DNA from: Candidatus Hydrogenedentota bacterium
GTDB lineage: Bacteria > Hydrogenedentota > Hydrogenedentia > Hydrogenedentales > SLHB01
Direction: 5' to 3'
Length of the DNA stretch: 64,000 bases
Assembly (NCBI GenBank): GCA_963668025.2
Contig: CAXXTH010000023.1
Coordinates: 32,001-96,000 of the forward strand
The notes under the pieces were generated by a model. The model was not told the DNA's origin. It searched no databases and was given only the letters and a program-made list of their open reading frames with translations. Positions 1-10,348 of the stretch are shown piece by piece (position 1 is the first letter of the stretch; every line of letters starts with the position of its first letter). A program made the translations under genes and the position numbers.

Positions 1-128
1 CGCTGCATCTCGTGGACCAACTGATGCACTTCATCTACCGCCTGCCTACTGGATGCCGCCGACTGCATATCTTGTGAAGACATATCCTGCGGCTCAAAAG
101 ACATAAAAGGCATCATAGAATTGAGCAT
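1..128 (-). CDS. 5' part of a CDS running off the left edge (MLNSMMPFMSFEPQDMSSQDMQSAASSRQAVDEVHQLVHEMQ...), product unknown
   Basis: Open minus-strand frame from ATG at 128 with an AAGGAAA element upstream; truncated by the window edge. Confidence 0.4.
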   Translation of the reverse strand, partial: MLNSMMPFMSFEPQDMSSQDMQSAASSRQAVDEVHQLVHEMQ

Positions 129-460
129 TGCACGGTTTCCTTTCAACATGGTGTTGCCACCCATCGCCCGCCTGATAAATGTATCTTATTTGGGCCGCCG
201 ATCTCATGCCCCCCAAATGCTGGCATTTTGAGCCACACCGTATCCTGTTTAATGTTTGTGTATTTAATGTATTGGTGGTCTAAAAATCGGGGCCTTTGGT
301 TACGGCCATACCCGCAAGAATAAATGGGGTGTGCGCCATGAAAGTAGGAGCACTTTGAAATAGGTTAGGTTTTCGTTCTGAGCGGCTCCAGTCCAAACGT
401 GCGCCATCCCGGTTTCGGTGTGCTTGGAATGTCTTGCGCTTTCCGATCAGCCTGCTTTGA

Positions 461-490
461 GCAGGCTCCCCCTTAGCACCTGGCTGAAGC
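461..490. repeat. Left half of a REP-like hairpin used as the IS4 target; includes the 9-bp TSD GGCTGAAGC (482-490)
   Basis: GCAGGCTCCCCCTTAGCACCTGGC (461-484) is identical to 13567-13590. Confidence 0.85.
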
Positions 491-1154
491 CTACCAAGTA
501 TAGGCATATTTTTTCGTCTCGGGGCCATAGCTGGAGGTTATTTTTTGTACCACTCCCATTATATCCGGTATTTATCAGTAATAATACTTTAATATTTATA
601 TAATTCTTCTATATAGTACCCCAGCCAAAAGGAGGTGCTAGAATGGAACAGAAAAAACATACGGTGATCCAGCAGGTGGAAAGATTGGTTGACATGGGCC
701 ATGTAAAACGCAATGCCTGTGTGGTCCGGCACGTGACGCGGCTCGTTTTCTCGCCGGGCGCGGGGCCAAGCCAGACGGCGGGCAGCAAGCAAGCGGCGTG
801 GGCGGAATCGAAATCGTGGTATAACCTCATCAACAACCCGGACGTCAGCGTGAGCCAATTGCGCGAATTGCGGGCGCGAGTGGTGCTGGAGCAAGCAAGC
901 GGGTCTTCCCTATTGGTGCTGCACGACATTACCGAGTGCGATTTCTCCAAACATGCCGCCATGAGCGAGAAGATGGAGATTGGGGACCATCATGGAACCG
1001 GATACGAATATCATCCCTGTGTCGCATGGGACTTCGATGAGCGCCGGTTTGTGGGGGTTCTGCGCGACACGGTCATTTCCGCCCTGGGGCCGGATGATGT
1101 GGGGGTAGCCGATTATGACAGCGACCCCGCGCTCAAGCAAGTCACGGCCGAGGA
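491..1154 (+). mobile_element. IS4 family (IS50/Tn5-like) element, left segment with terminal repeat CTACCAAGTATAGGCAT (491-507)
   Basis: 17-bp end identical to 13598-13614; 9-bp TSD; Tn5-like transposase N-terminus. Confidence 0.9.
643..1154 (+). pseudogene. IS4/Tn5-like transposase, N-terminal fragment, interrupted at ...VTAE by the 1822-bp IS
   Basis: AGGAGG RBS, first catalytic Asp context VLHDITECDF; frame continues on the minus strand from 16275. Confidence 0.9.
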
Positions 1155-2976
1155 GAGGCATTTGCGAAATAGCGTGGTTTGCGAACGCGCGGACGGTGCG
1201 GGCACACGCGGAGCGGTTTTCGCCTGTGGCAATGGGATTACGCCTCCGCTACGGGTGCAATAAATCATGCAGGAGGTTCGCGTGTAGGACCCTTGCGGCC
1301 CGAATGGGCATGGTTTGCCCTTGATTCGGGCCATCATTGCTTGTGCGGATTCGATGTGATCTATGCGGCGCGGGGCTGTCCGAGGAGCGAGCGCATGCGT
1401 TCTGCCTGGCCGGCTTCGAGCCATCCCAGGGCCATGCCGAGCATGACGAGGAGGGCTAATCCGGTGCGGGCGCGCATCTTTTTCATACCGCGGATGTAGT
1501 GGCGCTCGAATCCGTATGCGCCGTCGAGTCGGCTGTTGACTCGCTCGATGGCGGTGCGGTGTTTGTATTCGCGGCGCCAGGATTTGGCGCTGCGGGGCAG
1601 GGGGGTAAAGATGCGCCGGTCGATAGCGATGGGCACGCGGACAATCCGTCCGTGTTCGGGCTGGCATCCTTGGTTGCAGAGGTCTTGCTGGGTACAGGCG
1701 CTCCCGCGCGCCTTGGCTGGGCAACGGTATTTCAAGGTTCCCCGATCTTGCTCGAATCCTTGGTAGGCCATGGAATCATAGTTGTCGCGTTCGTTTGGGG
1801 CGCCGTTACGACACCGGCAGAGGACTTCACCTCGTTCGGTATGGAAGATCGTGTCTACCCGTTCGGGATATAAAGGGCGGGGCCGTTCCGGTTCTTCTTT
1901 CCAGGTCGCCCGGATGTCCACGATGGGCCGGATTTCATGTTCCTCGAAGAGGCCCTTGTTGTTGGCTTCGGAATCATAGCCCTTGTCGGCGCTGAGGTAC
2001 TCGGCGCGTTGGACGAGTTCGGGGTGGCGCGCGTCGAGAGCCGCCACGAGGGGCAGCAGAAAGGGCGAGTCGTTGGCGCTGGCTTTCGTGACCGCGTAGC
2101 CCAGCGGCAATTCATATTTCGTGTCCACGATGAGGTGCAGCTTGTAGCCGAACCACCGTTTGACCTTCTCCCAGGGCGTGCCGTCCTTGTGAACGCCCTT
2201 GTAGGTTTTCGTGCCCCAGTCTGCGTCGCGGTCGCGCCGCCCGTCCGGCTCTTCGTTTTCCAGGACCGCGTCTTTGCGCGGAGGCTTGGCGTGGGTTTGG
2301 ATGGCTTTCGAGTCTACGGCCAGACGCACCCCGAGATCCGGCAAGCGTTCCATCAGCCGGACGATGAGCGCGTCGAACATCCGGTCCACTTCTTTCCAGT
2401 GGCGCAGTAATCTGGCGAAGAACCGCGTGTACACCCATTCGGGCGGGACCGCCTTGGCGCCCCGCAACACGTCGAATCCGCACAACTGGCGCAATTGCCC
2501 GTTTCGGGCTAGTTCGCGGCGCAGGCTTTCGACGCCGTCGTGCTGGAAGACGATCCCCGCCAGTATGCTGTTCCACATCGCGCGGATAGGATAATCGTCG
2601 CGCCGCCCCTTGCGTTCGGCTTCCATCGCCCGCATCAAATCTTCATCCGGCAGCGCCGCCAGCAACAGGTTCAGCCGATCCAGATCCGACGCCGCGTCGA
2701 CCTGGTTCCACGAGAACAACCCCATTTGGTGTATAATGGCCATCGCAAACGTCTCCTTGGTGTGTGCGTGGTTATGTGGTCAACTATACTACAATCACAC
2801 ACGGGAGACGTTACGCCTTTTCCCGCTCGCCGAGGGCATTTGGGGTGATTTTTCACAAAAAATCCTTATTCATGCCCCCGCCAAGCCCCTTTCCCCGCAT
2901 TCTCCGGGGTAGGCGCCAATTCCGCCGCTTTGTAAACCCTTGTCAATACGGATTTTCTTTATTTCGCAAATGCCTC
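1155..2976 (-). mobile_element. 1822-bp DDE insertion sequence, copy 1 (IS4/IS5 superfamily, IS1182-like architecture)
   Basis: 17-bp inverted repeats GAGGCATTTGCGAAATA at both ends; near-identical inverted copy at 16281-18102. Confidence 0.95.
1361..2743 (-). CDS. DDE transposase, 460 aa
   Basis: Motifs AVDSK, WFGYKLHLIVD, SADKGYD, YKHRTAIERVNSRL. Confidence 0.95.
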   Translation of the reverse strand: MAIIHQMGLFSWNQVDAASDLDRLNLLLAALPDEDLMRAMEAERKGRRDDYPIRAMWNSILAGIVFQHDGVESLRRELARNGQLRQLCGFDVLRGAKAVPPEWVYTRFFARLLRHWKEVDRMFDALIVRLMERLPDLGVRLAVDSKAIQTHAKPPRKDAVLENEEPDGRRDRDADWGTKTYKGVHKDGTPWEKVKRWFGYKLHLIVDTKYELPLGYAVTKASANDSPFLLPLVAALDARHPELVQRAEYLSADKGYDSEANNKGLFEEHEIRPIVDIRATWKEEPERPRPLYPERVDTIFHTERGEVLCRCRNGAPNERDNYDSMAYQGFEQDRGTLKYRCPAKARGSACTQQDLCNQGCQPEHGRIVRVPIAIDRRIFTPLPRSAKSWRREYKHRTAIERVNSRLDGAYGFERHYIRGMKKMRARTGLALLVMLGMALGWLEAGQAERMRSLLGQPRAA

Positions 2977-3017
2977 CCTGATTTGCCTCGCTTTACCTCT
3001 TACGATAGGATGGCCAT

Positions 3018-4682
3018 ATGGAACAAGCTGAGGCTATAACCGACAATCTCGCATCTATATTGGATGCGCTCGATGAATTGGCGCGGTATGACGGCCCGTG
3101 GCGTCCGCTTCGAGACGAAACAGCGCGGTTGCGCGAGCGGGTGCTTGAACTGCGTGAACGGGAAACGCGCCTGGATGGCGTTCTTGTCGTGGCGTTGGTG
3201 GGCGGCTCCGGCGTGGGGAAATCGACGCTCCTCAACGCCCTCGCGGGCGATCAATTGGCGGAAGTGTCGGAATTTCGCCCTTGCACTTCCATCCCTACGG
3301 TCTATCACCCTCCGGGCGTGAATCTGCCGTTTCCTGGCTGGCGGAGCATATCCGGTTCGGCGCTCGAGCATTTGGCGCTTGTCGATACGCCCGATTCAGA
3401 CACGATAGCGCGTGAACACCGGGCCATCGTGGCCGAAGCGTTGCGCCAATGCGATCTCATCCTCTTGTGCGGCAGCCCCGAAAAATATCTGGATGAAGCC
3501 ACCTGGTCGCTCTTGCGCCCGCTGCAAGGGGAACGTACGCTGGCGTGCGTGGAAACGAAGGCCATGGCGGCCTCGGAGTCCGTGCGTGACCATTGGCGCG
3601 CGCGCCTGGCGGACGAGGGATTCCAGGTGGACGCCTATTTCCATGTGAACGCCTTGCGGGCCTTGGACCGGAAACTGCTGGGCCGGGCCGCCTCGGAAGA
3701 GGAATATGAATTTGGCGCGCTGGAGCATTTTCTTCAGGAAGAGCTGTCTCGCGAACGCATCCGTCGCATCAAGCGCTCGAACGCCGCCGGGTTGTTGCGG
3801 AAAACCGTGTCGGAGTTGAATGCGCGGCTCAGCCTCCATGCCCCCACACTCGAGGCGCTCGCGACCCGCATCTCCGCCGCGGAGGACGCCGTGCGCCGGT
3901 CAGCGGGCGAGGCCATCGCGCACCGGGTATTCATGGAAAGCCACCTGTGGGCGTTCGCACTGGGCCGCGAAACCAGTTTGCGCGCAAAAGGCGTTGTGGG
4001 CACGCTCTACCGTATCGTCGAGGCTATCCGCAGTTTCCCCGCGCATATGGGCGAATGGCTTCCCTTCCTGGGACGCCGTGCGGCGGGGCGTGAAGCGGCC
4101 GCTCTGCTTTCGGGCGGCATGGCCCAAGACGCTGGGCTCCTCACCCAGGATTGCGAACCGATATACAGCGTCCACCGTAGTGAATTGGATTTGGCGTTCG
4201 CCCAATCGGGCTTCACGCGCCTGGAAATGGATGCAGGCTGGGAAGCCTTCCGCACCGCCATGGCGCGGCGCATCGAATCGGTATTGCGCGGGCCAGCCCG
4301 TGGGCGCGTCGAAGCATGCGCGCGGGTGCTGTCGAGCTGGCCGGTGGCGCTGCTGGCTGATATCCCGCCGCTGGCGTTCTTCGCGTACAGCGGTTACATC
4401 ATCGTGACGGACTATTTCGGCGGCATGATGCTTACCTCCGCCTATTTCCTACATGCTTTCGCGGTGCTGGCTATTTTGCTTGCCGCCGAGCTGCTGGCGC
4501 TATTTTCCTGCACACGGGCGCTGGCATGGCGCGCGAAGCGGGGGGCCCTGTCGGATCTGCGCAAGGCATTCGCGGGCGGCTTGGAGCCGTTCGGCGTGGA
4601 GAGGCAAACCGCCGCGGAAGCCCTACGCTTGGCGCGGCTCACGGCGCGGATGCAGGAAGACTTGTCCGCCGCTATTCAATAA
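3018..4682 (+). CDS. P-loop GTPase (Era/dynamin-like) with a C-terminal membrane hairpin
   Basis: G1 GGSGVGKS, G2 CT, G3-like DTPD, long helical region, two hydrophobic helices near the C-terminus. Confidence 0.8.
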   Translation: MEQAEAITDNLASILDALDELARYDGPWRPLRDETARLRERVLELRERETRLDGVLVVALVGGSGVGKSTLLNALAGDQLAEVSEFRPCTSIPTVYHPPGVNLPFPGWRSISGSALEHLALVDTPDSDTIAREHRAIVAEALRQCDLILLCGSPEKYLDEATWSLLRPLQGERTLACVETKAMAASESVRDHWRARLADEGFQVDAYFHVNALRALDRKLLGRAASEEEYEFGALEHFLQEELSRERIRRIKRSNAAGLLRKTVSELNARLSLHAPTLEALATRISAAEDAVRRSAGEAIAHRVFMESHLWAFALGRETSLRAKGVVGTLYRIVEAIRSFPAHMGEWLPFLGRRAAGREAAALLSGGMAQDAGLLTQDCEPIYSVHRSELDLAFAQSGFTRLEMDAGWEAFRTAMARRIESVLRGPARGRVEACARVLSSWPVALLADIPPLAFFAYSGYIIVTDYFGGMMLTSAYFLHAFAVLAILLAAELLALFSCTRALAWRAKRGALSDLRKAFAGGLEPFGVERQTAAEALRLARLTARMQEDLSAAIQ

Positions 4683-4701
4683 CGCCCCAATACGCCCATA
4701 C

Positions 4702-7419
4702 TTAGGCAATGCCTGCATCGCCTGGGCCAGGTGATTCTTCTTCATGGAGTTCAGGATAAATCCTTCTCGCGCAGTCAGGACATATCGAATGGGTGAATGC
4801 CGCATCGCTGCGTTCCGAGATGTACGATTCGATGTTGTTCCAATATCCGGCATCATCTCGAATCTTTTTACAGCTTGCACATATGGGCAGCAAGCCATGC
4901 AAGGTCTTGATCTGGGAAAGGGCGTCTTGAAGCTCGACGATGAGTTTTTCCCGTTCCTCCTCGGCTTGCTTGCGCTGGGTGATGTCGGAGATGACGGAGA
5001 CAAATCCTATTGTCGCGCCCTGGGCATCCCGCTTAAAAATCGAGTCCACCTGAACCCAAAAATTATGCCCATCTTTTGCAATGCCGCGATCCACAATAGA
5101 AGCGATGGGCATCGGCTGGATAATATGCTCGGCTAGGTCCTTGCGCAGCCACTCGCGATGGCTTTCATCGGCGATCAAATCGAAAACGGTAAGGGTGCGA
5201 ATTTCTTCCAGGCTGTACCCATACATGCGTGTGTGGGCGGGATTTACAAACAGAATGCGCCCTTCCGTATCCATTTCCAAAATGCCATAGGGAATCGATT
5301 CAACAAGCATGCGGTAGCGTTCTTCACTGAGCCGGAGCGCTTCGTCCATGCGCTTGCGCTCGGTGATATCGCGCACATTAATCACAATCCCATTGACCGA
5401 CGGCTTATCGAGCATATTCGTAGCAACGGCCTCGAGATACACCCATCCTCTATTAGCCGTACGATGCCGGTATTCCGCGAAGACCGGCACGCCCGGTTGT
5501 TTGAGTGATATGGAGATCAGCCGGCATACCCGGGAATAGTCGCTCGGGTGAATGTAATCATACATTCGTTTGCCCAGTTTTTCCGCTACCTTAAAACCGG
5601 TGATGCGCTCGATGGAATCGCTCACATATTGATATGCGCCATCTTCGGACATGATCACGAGGAAATCATTGGAATGCTCGACCAGCAGGCGGTAGCGCTC
5701 CTCACTTTGCTGCAATGCAAACTGTGCGGCGCGGCGGTCCGTGATCTCTTCCACCAGCCAAAGCGTGCCGCCTTGAGATTCCCGCCGCCCAACCGGCCTG
5801 CCCACGAAGCGGCACCAGATACGCCTGCCGCCACCGGCCAGCAGCTCCAATTCCTGATCATACATGCGCCGGTTGGCAAGAGCGTCGTCCACCGCATGCT
5901 GGAATGCTTCATACGCGGAAAAACTGGGGAAAAAGGGGCTGAACAAGCCTCCTTGGAATGTCTCCTGGTCCGCTTTGAAAATCTCGGCCAAACGGCTGTT
6001 CGTCCACTCGATTTTACCTGCATGCGTATAGGCAATGCCAAGAATACTGTTGTTGAGGATAAGCTGATGCAGGGCGTTTTCCCGCTCGATACGTTCTTTA
6101 TCCGCCCGGGTTTGCTCTTGCTGCTGTTTTTCAATACGGTAGCGATCCGCCAAGGCATACGCTAACAGCAGCACGCATATCGCGGGCAGCGATTGGCTGG
6201 CCATTTGAAGCGGAAACGAGAAGTTTATCAATTGCCATGCCGACAACAAGCGCACCAAAATTCCCACGCTGAATGCAGCCCAAGCAGTGATATGAAAACG
6301 GGCGGGATGAAACCCTTGCCTCCAAGCGTAATATCCGCTCAAACACAATGAAAACACGGTCGTGGGCAGCAGAACCGTGCCAATGGGCATAATCAACCCG
6401 TAGCCCACGAACAAGGAACAAAACGCGACCAGAATGCATGACAAGCCAAGCGCCAGCAAAGCGGTATTGGCTAGGCGCGAGGTGCGGAGAAAACACAAAA
6501 AAGACCGGGTGAACTGCACCGCGCAAAAGACGCAGGCCATGCCGGAAAACATCAGCCCATGATAAGTGAAATTGAGTTCTGGCGAACACCCCATTCGCGC
6601 GGGCATGCCATTATCAAAAAAGAAATACAGGACAATGAACAGGGTAAACAAGGTAAACCAAAAATGGGCCTTATCCCGCAGCGTCACGAACGTATATAGA
6701 TTAAACAGGGCGATTCCGATCACAACGCCATAATAAAGCGCAAAAAACATGATCTGGATTTGCACTTTTCGCGCATATGCATCCACGGAAAGAATATCAA
6801 ATGGCGCTAAAACCCGGCCTGAGCCCTGGACACGGAGATAGAACGTCTTTGGCTCATGCACGGAGACCGGCAACGAAAACGTAAACCCGCTTTCCCTCGA
6901 GTGGATGTCGAGGACGGGAACCCATTGAGGTGGAGAGCCCGGCTGCTCCAGGCAAGTGTAAAGGGTTGCAGCAGATAATTGCGGCCATCCCAAATCCAGC
7001 AGCCAGCATGGCGCTCCATTGGGGCCCGGCGAAGGGCCTTCGCCTCCGATCACCGTAAACCTAAGCCAATAAGCCTTCGAGTTTGGGGGATGGGAAAGAT
7101 CGCCTGCCGCCGCGGACTGGAATGGCCCTGCTTGGCTGGGGGCAGCCACCTCTTGAATGGTGATGTCGCCCCGGTAATCTTTAAGAAATCCCGCGCACTC
7201 GAAAAGATTGTATGGGCCTTTCTGCGGCTCAAGCACCATAAGCTGCTCGGCATCTGCTATAGTCCCACGCAGCAAGGCGAACACGGGAATACAGAACAGT
7301 ACGCAACTAATCAGGCCGCAATGCCATGGCCCATGGCAAATAAAAACACCTTTTATGCCGCACAGTCGCGGATGGATATAGCGGACACAGCCCGCCCCCT
7401 GGCGATGCAAAAAAAACAT
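4702..7419 (-). CDS. 7TMR-DISM membrane sensor with three PAS domains and a Cys-rich C-terminal domain (true start probably somewhat downstream of 7419)
   Basis: YWLRF extracellular domain, 7 TM helices, PAS/PAC repeats ending DITERK, C-terminal LLPICASCKKIRDD...HSICPDC. Confidence 0.85.
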   Translation of the reverse strand: MFFLHRQGAGCVRYIHPRLCGIKGVFICHGPWHCGLISCVLFCIPVFALLRGTIADAEQLMVLEPQKGPYNLFECAGFLKDYRGDITIQEVAAPSQAGPFQSAAAGDLSHPPNSKAYWLRFTVIGGEGPSPGPNGAPCWLLDLGWPQLSAATLYTCLEQPGSPPQWVPVLDIHSRESGFTFSLPVSVHEPKTFYLRVQGSGRVLAPFDILSVDAYARKVQIQIMFFALYYGVVIGIALFNLYTFVTLRDKAHFWFTLFTLFIVLYFFFDNGMPARMGCSPELNFTYHGLMFSGMACVFCAVQFTRSFLCFLRTSRLANTALLALGLSCILVAFCSLFVGYGLIMPIGTVLLPTTVFSLCLSGYYAWRQGFHPARFHITAWAAFSVGILVRLLSAWQLINFSFPLQMASQSLPAICVLLLAYALADRYRIEKQQQEQTRADKERIERENALHQLILNNSILGIAYTHAGKIEWTNSRLAEIFKADQETFQGGLFSPFFPSFSAYEAFQHAVDDALANRRMYDQELELLAGGGRRIWCRFVGRPVGRRESQGGTLWLVEEITDRRAAQFALQQSEERYRLLVEHSNDFLVIMSEDGAYQYVSDSIERITGFKVAEKLGKRMYDYIHPSDYSRVCRLISISLKQPGVPVFAEYRHRTANRGWVYLEAVATNMLDKPSVNGIVINVRDITERKRMDEALRLSEERYRMLVESIPYGILEMDTEGRILFVNPAHTRMYGYSLEEIRTLTVFDLIADESHREWLRKDLAEHIIQPMPIASIVDRGIAKDGHNFWVQVDSIFKRDAQGATIGFVSVISDITQRKQAEEEREKLIVELQDALSQIKTLHGLLPICASCKKIRDDAGYWNNIESYISERSDAAFTHSICPDCARRIYPELHEEESPGPGDAGIA

Positions 7420-7816
7420 CCCCGGCTAGACGCCAATTCCCCTTTCTTTATGAAATAGATGCTCTCCAATCATATAGCCAATATTCTATCATGGCGGTAA
7501 ACATTTCGCATCTTGTTTCACCGCTGGGCAATCTCTTAGAAACTGCCTTTTTATACAAAAATACCGGGATTCAACTGCCTTGCGGAGTTATGGCATTAGG
7601 AGGCATAAAAAACACAGAAAAAGAAGCCCATTTTTCACTTTTTCCTGGGGAAAGCTAGGCAATTCCGCCTGCTGGCTGGCGAATGTGTGCGGTGGCCTTG
7701 TGTTCCACGAAAATCAGTGGATGAGCGGAACAACACCCGGCATCCATCTTAATGGCCAAGGCCAAGGGCGAAGCGCGCTTACTGCTCAGCCCATGAAATC
7801 CGCCGTGCGCAGGCAT

Positions 7817-8194
7817 TTACGACATGTCTTTGGGGCGCAATTCCTGGTCACAATGATGCTCATACCATGCGCGCCATTGGGCGGCATGGCGATGGATCCA
7901 GTCGAAAATAGCTTCATTCCCAAGGTCGCGCTTCGCTTTTTCCGATTCGATCCATTTATGCCGGAGCATTTCTTCACACTGGCAAGCAAGCGCTTCACGC
8001 TGGCGCGCCGCGCGCCATTGGGCGGCATGATTACGCAGCCAATCTTCCAGCGCTTCTTCTTTGGACACATCACGGCCCAAACGCTGGATTAAGCGTATCT
8101 GATGCCGTTCCACTTCCCGAAGCTCCGGCTTGGGGAGTGCGCAGTCGATATCCAATCCCTTTGTATCTATCGTACAATCGCTATGCGTTTTCAT
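7817..8194 (-). CDS. Small protein with two DUF4032-like repeats
   Basis: Duplicated motif E..RH...(SE)K..RD...EA..DW...HAAQWR. Confidence 0.7.
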   Translation of the reverse strand: MKTHSDCTIDTKGLDIDCALPKPELREVERHQIRLIQRLGRDVSKEEALEDWLRNHAAQWRAARQREALACQCEEMLRHKWIESEKAKRDLGNEAIFDWIHRHAAQWRAWYEHHCDQELRPKDMS

Positions 8195-8329
8195 TGCTGC
8201 ATCCTATTTGAATTGGCGTCAATATCTAATACAAGCATACTGACAAAACGTCACAAAACGCACATTTCTTCCTTCTCTACACAGATAGGTATCGGCAAAT
8301 AGTCCGCCCGGCTGAAGATCCCCCGGAAT

Positions 8330-9736
8330 TTATTCGGTTTTCTTTACCCCCACCCCCACCGTACAAGCATTCACCAGTACGAAGGCGGCCAAATTGCAGA
8401 AGACGCCAATAACCAGCCCTTCAAAGCCCGCCGGTTCATGCCATACGTACTTCCATAGTAACACCCCCACCGCCCCCGACGCCGCGCCTGCTGCGAAAGC
8501 GGCCTTCGACGCCCGGTATCCCAGCAATGTCGAGACCAGCGGTACGAGGATAACTGGCGACCAGAAATTATAGGCATAAATGAGAATATCAAGCAAGCTC
8601 GGTATTCTGATAGCAAAAATAATCGCGAGCGTTCCCGTAATGAGGGTGGACGCTCTGGCCAGCATAAGCCCGCCGCGCACGCTGAGCGGCTTGCGCCGCA
8701 ATGGGGCCACGACATCATTCACGAAAGCGATAGAGGCGGAATTGAGGAATGAGTCAGCGGATGACATGACCACGGCGATCATCCCAGCCACGACGAATCC
8801 ACGAATGCCTATGGGCAGCACTTGCCGAATGGTTTCCGGGAGCGCCAAAGTCGAGTTTTCAAGATGAGGATTGAGGACATAGGCGACTAAACCCAAGCAC
8901 CCGGCGATGGCGAAGAAAGGTATCGAAAACAGCCCGCTCCAAAGCGTGCCTTGCGACACTATTTTCGCACTGCCGCCTATGAACAGGCGTACGATATACG
9001 GAGGAACGAGGGCTTCTCCGAGGAAGAACGTGAGAAACAGGGATAAAAAAGCGATGGGCGTTACATTCGAAAAGAGTTGAAGATGGCCTTCCGGCACGCC
9101 GTCCAATAAAGCCTGGACGCCTCCCACTTTCCGCACGCCAAAAAACAATACAAGCGGAATGCCAATTGCAAGAATGATGAATTGCAGGATGTCCGTGGAT
9201 ACGACAGCCCGCATACCGCCCATGGTGTCGTAGAGAATCACGATGCCTATCCCGATGATGATGCCGTATACGACCGGCAATCCTAAAAATACCTTAAAAA
9301 TGGCCCCCATCCCGCCCACCTGTGCCCCCAGAATGCCCGCGCACAAGATGACGGAAAACACGCCGGTGACGAATTTGCCAAGCTTGCCGTAATCGCGCTC
9401 CATCACATCGCCCGCGGAAATAGCATTGGGAAACTGATGGATGCGCGGCGCAATAAACGTGGCCACGAGAATTTCCTTAAAGCTGAATCCCCAGAGCGCG
9501 ACGATATACACAATGCCCCAAGAATATACTTTCTCGGAGTTGCCCATGGTGAATCCGCCGCCAATGAACGACGCGGACAAGGTGGCGAATACAATCCACG
9601 CGGGATAAGACCGCCCCGCTACGGCGTATTCGATGAAGTCTTTCACTCGCCGGCTGGAAAATGCGCCTATATAGACCGTCGCAATGAGATACAGAACAAC
9701 AATCACATAATCCACAATAGTCATTTCAGTTGGCAT
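8330..9736 (-). CDS. Sodium:solute symporter (SSS family)
   Basis: ~13 TM helices, GGMRAVVSTD and MSSADS motifs; start MPTEM at 9736 with AAGGGGG RBS. Confidence 0.92.
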   Translation of the reverse strand: MPTEMTIVDYVIVVLYLIATVYIGAFSSRRVKDFIEYAVAGRSYPAWIVFATLSASFIGGGFTMGNSEKVYSWGIVYIVALWGFSFKEILVATFIAPRIHQFPNAISAGDVMERDYGKLGKFVTGVFSVILCAGILGAQVGGMGAIFKVFLGLPVVYGIIIGIGIVILYDTMGGMRAVVSTDILQFIILAIGIPLVLFFGVRKVGGVQALLDGVPEGHLQLFSNVTPIAFLSLFLTFFLGEALVPPYIVRLFIGGSAKIVSQGTLWSGLFSIPFFAIAGCLGLVAYVLNPHLENSTLALPETIRQVLPIGIRGFVVAGMIAVVMSSADSFLNSASIAFVNDVVAPLRRKPLSVRGGLMLARASTLITGTLAIIFAIRIPSLLDILIYAYNFWSPVILVPLVSTLLGYRASKAAFAAGAASGAVGVLLWKYVWHEPAGFEGLVIGVFCNLAAFVLVNACTVGVGVKKTE

Positions 9737-9884
9737 TGCGTTCCCCCTTGGGCGGTCTGGCCTGGCGGCTGCTGCGATAAAAACACGAAGCTGGAATTTA
9801 CAGGAATATCTGGCTAGGTGCAAGCCTGCGAATCGCGGGGCAGGGCGGACGCATCTAATAATGCTGAATTCTGGATAATGTCTA

Positions 9885-10184
9885 TCAGCTTGTCCTGCCA
9901 TTCTTTTTCCGTTTTTTGTTTTTGTCTTGTTCCTGGCGTGTCCGACGGATGATTTCGTTGGCATATTCCTCGGCCAGCTTACGGAATTGGTTGTAGCCAT
10001 CAATGGCCTCTTGGAGGGCCTCCACCTCGTCGGTGGGAACGTAGTGCACCACGTTACGCCCGTTTTGCCATGTCTGATGGTTGTAGTGGGGCCGGCCGGC
10101 CATCGCGCAGATCTTGCCGCGTTCCATCCGCTCGATGGCCGCCATCTTTTCTAACAGCCGCTGGATTTTGCTTGTTTGTTTCAT
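9885..10184 (-). CDS. 99-aa IS-associated accessory protein (DUF6788-like), lying inside the ISAs1 element
   Basis: MERGKI...GRPHYNHQTWQNGRNVVHYVP plus coiled-coil/basic tail, resembling small ORFs that precede ISKra4/ISAzo13-type transposases. Confidence 0.65.
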   Translation of the reverse strand: MKQTSKIQRLLEKMAAIERMERGKICAMAGRPHYNHQTWQNGRNVVHYVPTDEVEALQEAIDGYNQFRKLAEEYANEIIRRTRQEQDKNKKRKKNGRTS

Positions 10185-10226
10185 GGCAATATGATATAGG
10201 AATATATATAAAAAGTCCAGCGTTTA

Positions 10227-10348
10227 GGAAGCGCGTCAAAATAACTTGACTATTTTTTCGCATTCAACGCAATTTTCATGGCGATAGGAATTACCGCTTC
10301 CTTTCCGAGTGGTGGGAGAAAATCGGTAAGTTATTTTGACGCGACTCC
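10227..10348. mobile_element. 122-bp MITE (ISAzo13-like ends)
   Basis: 21-bp TIRs GGAAGCGCGTCAAAATAACTT / GGAGTCGCGTCAAAATAACTT (2 mismatches), flanked by TTA on both sides. Confidence 0.75.

Noticed and set aside
9737-10003. N-terminal extension of the SSS ORF (557-aa call)
   Set aside because: It runs into the ISAs1 element; the likely start is the RBS-preceded ATG at 9736
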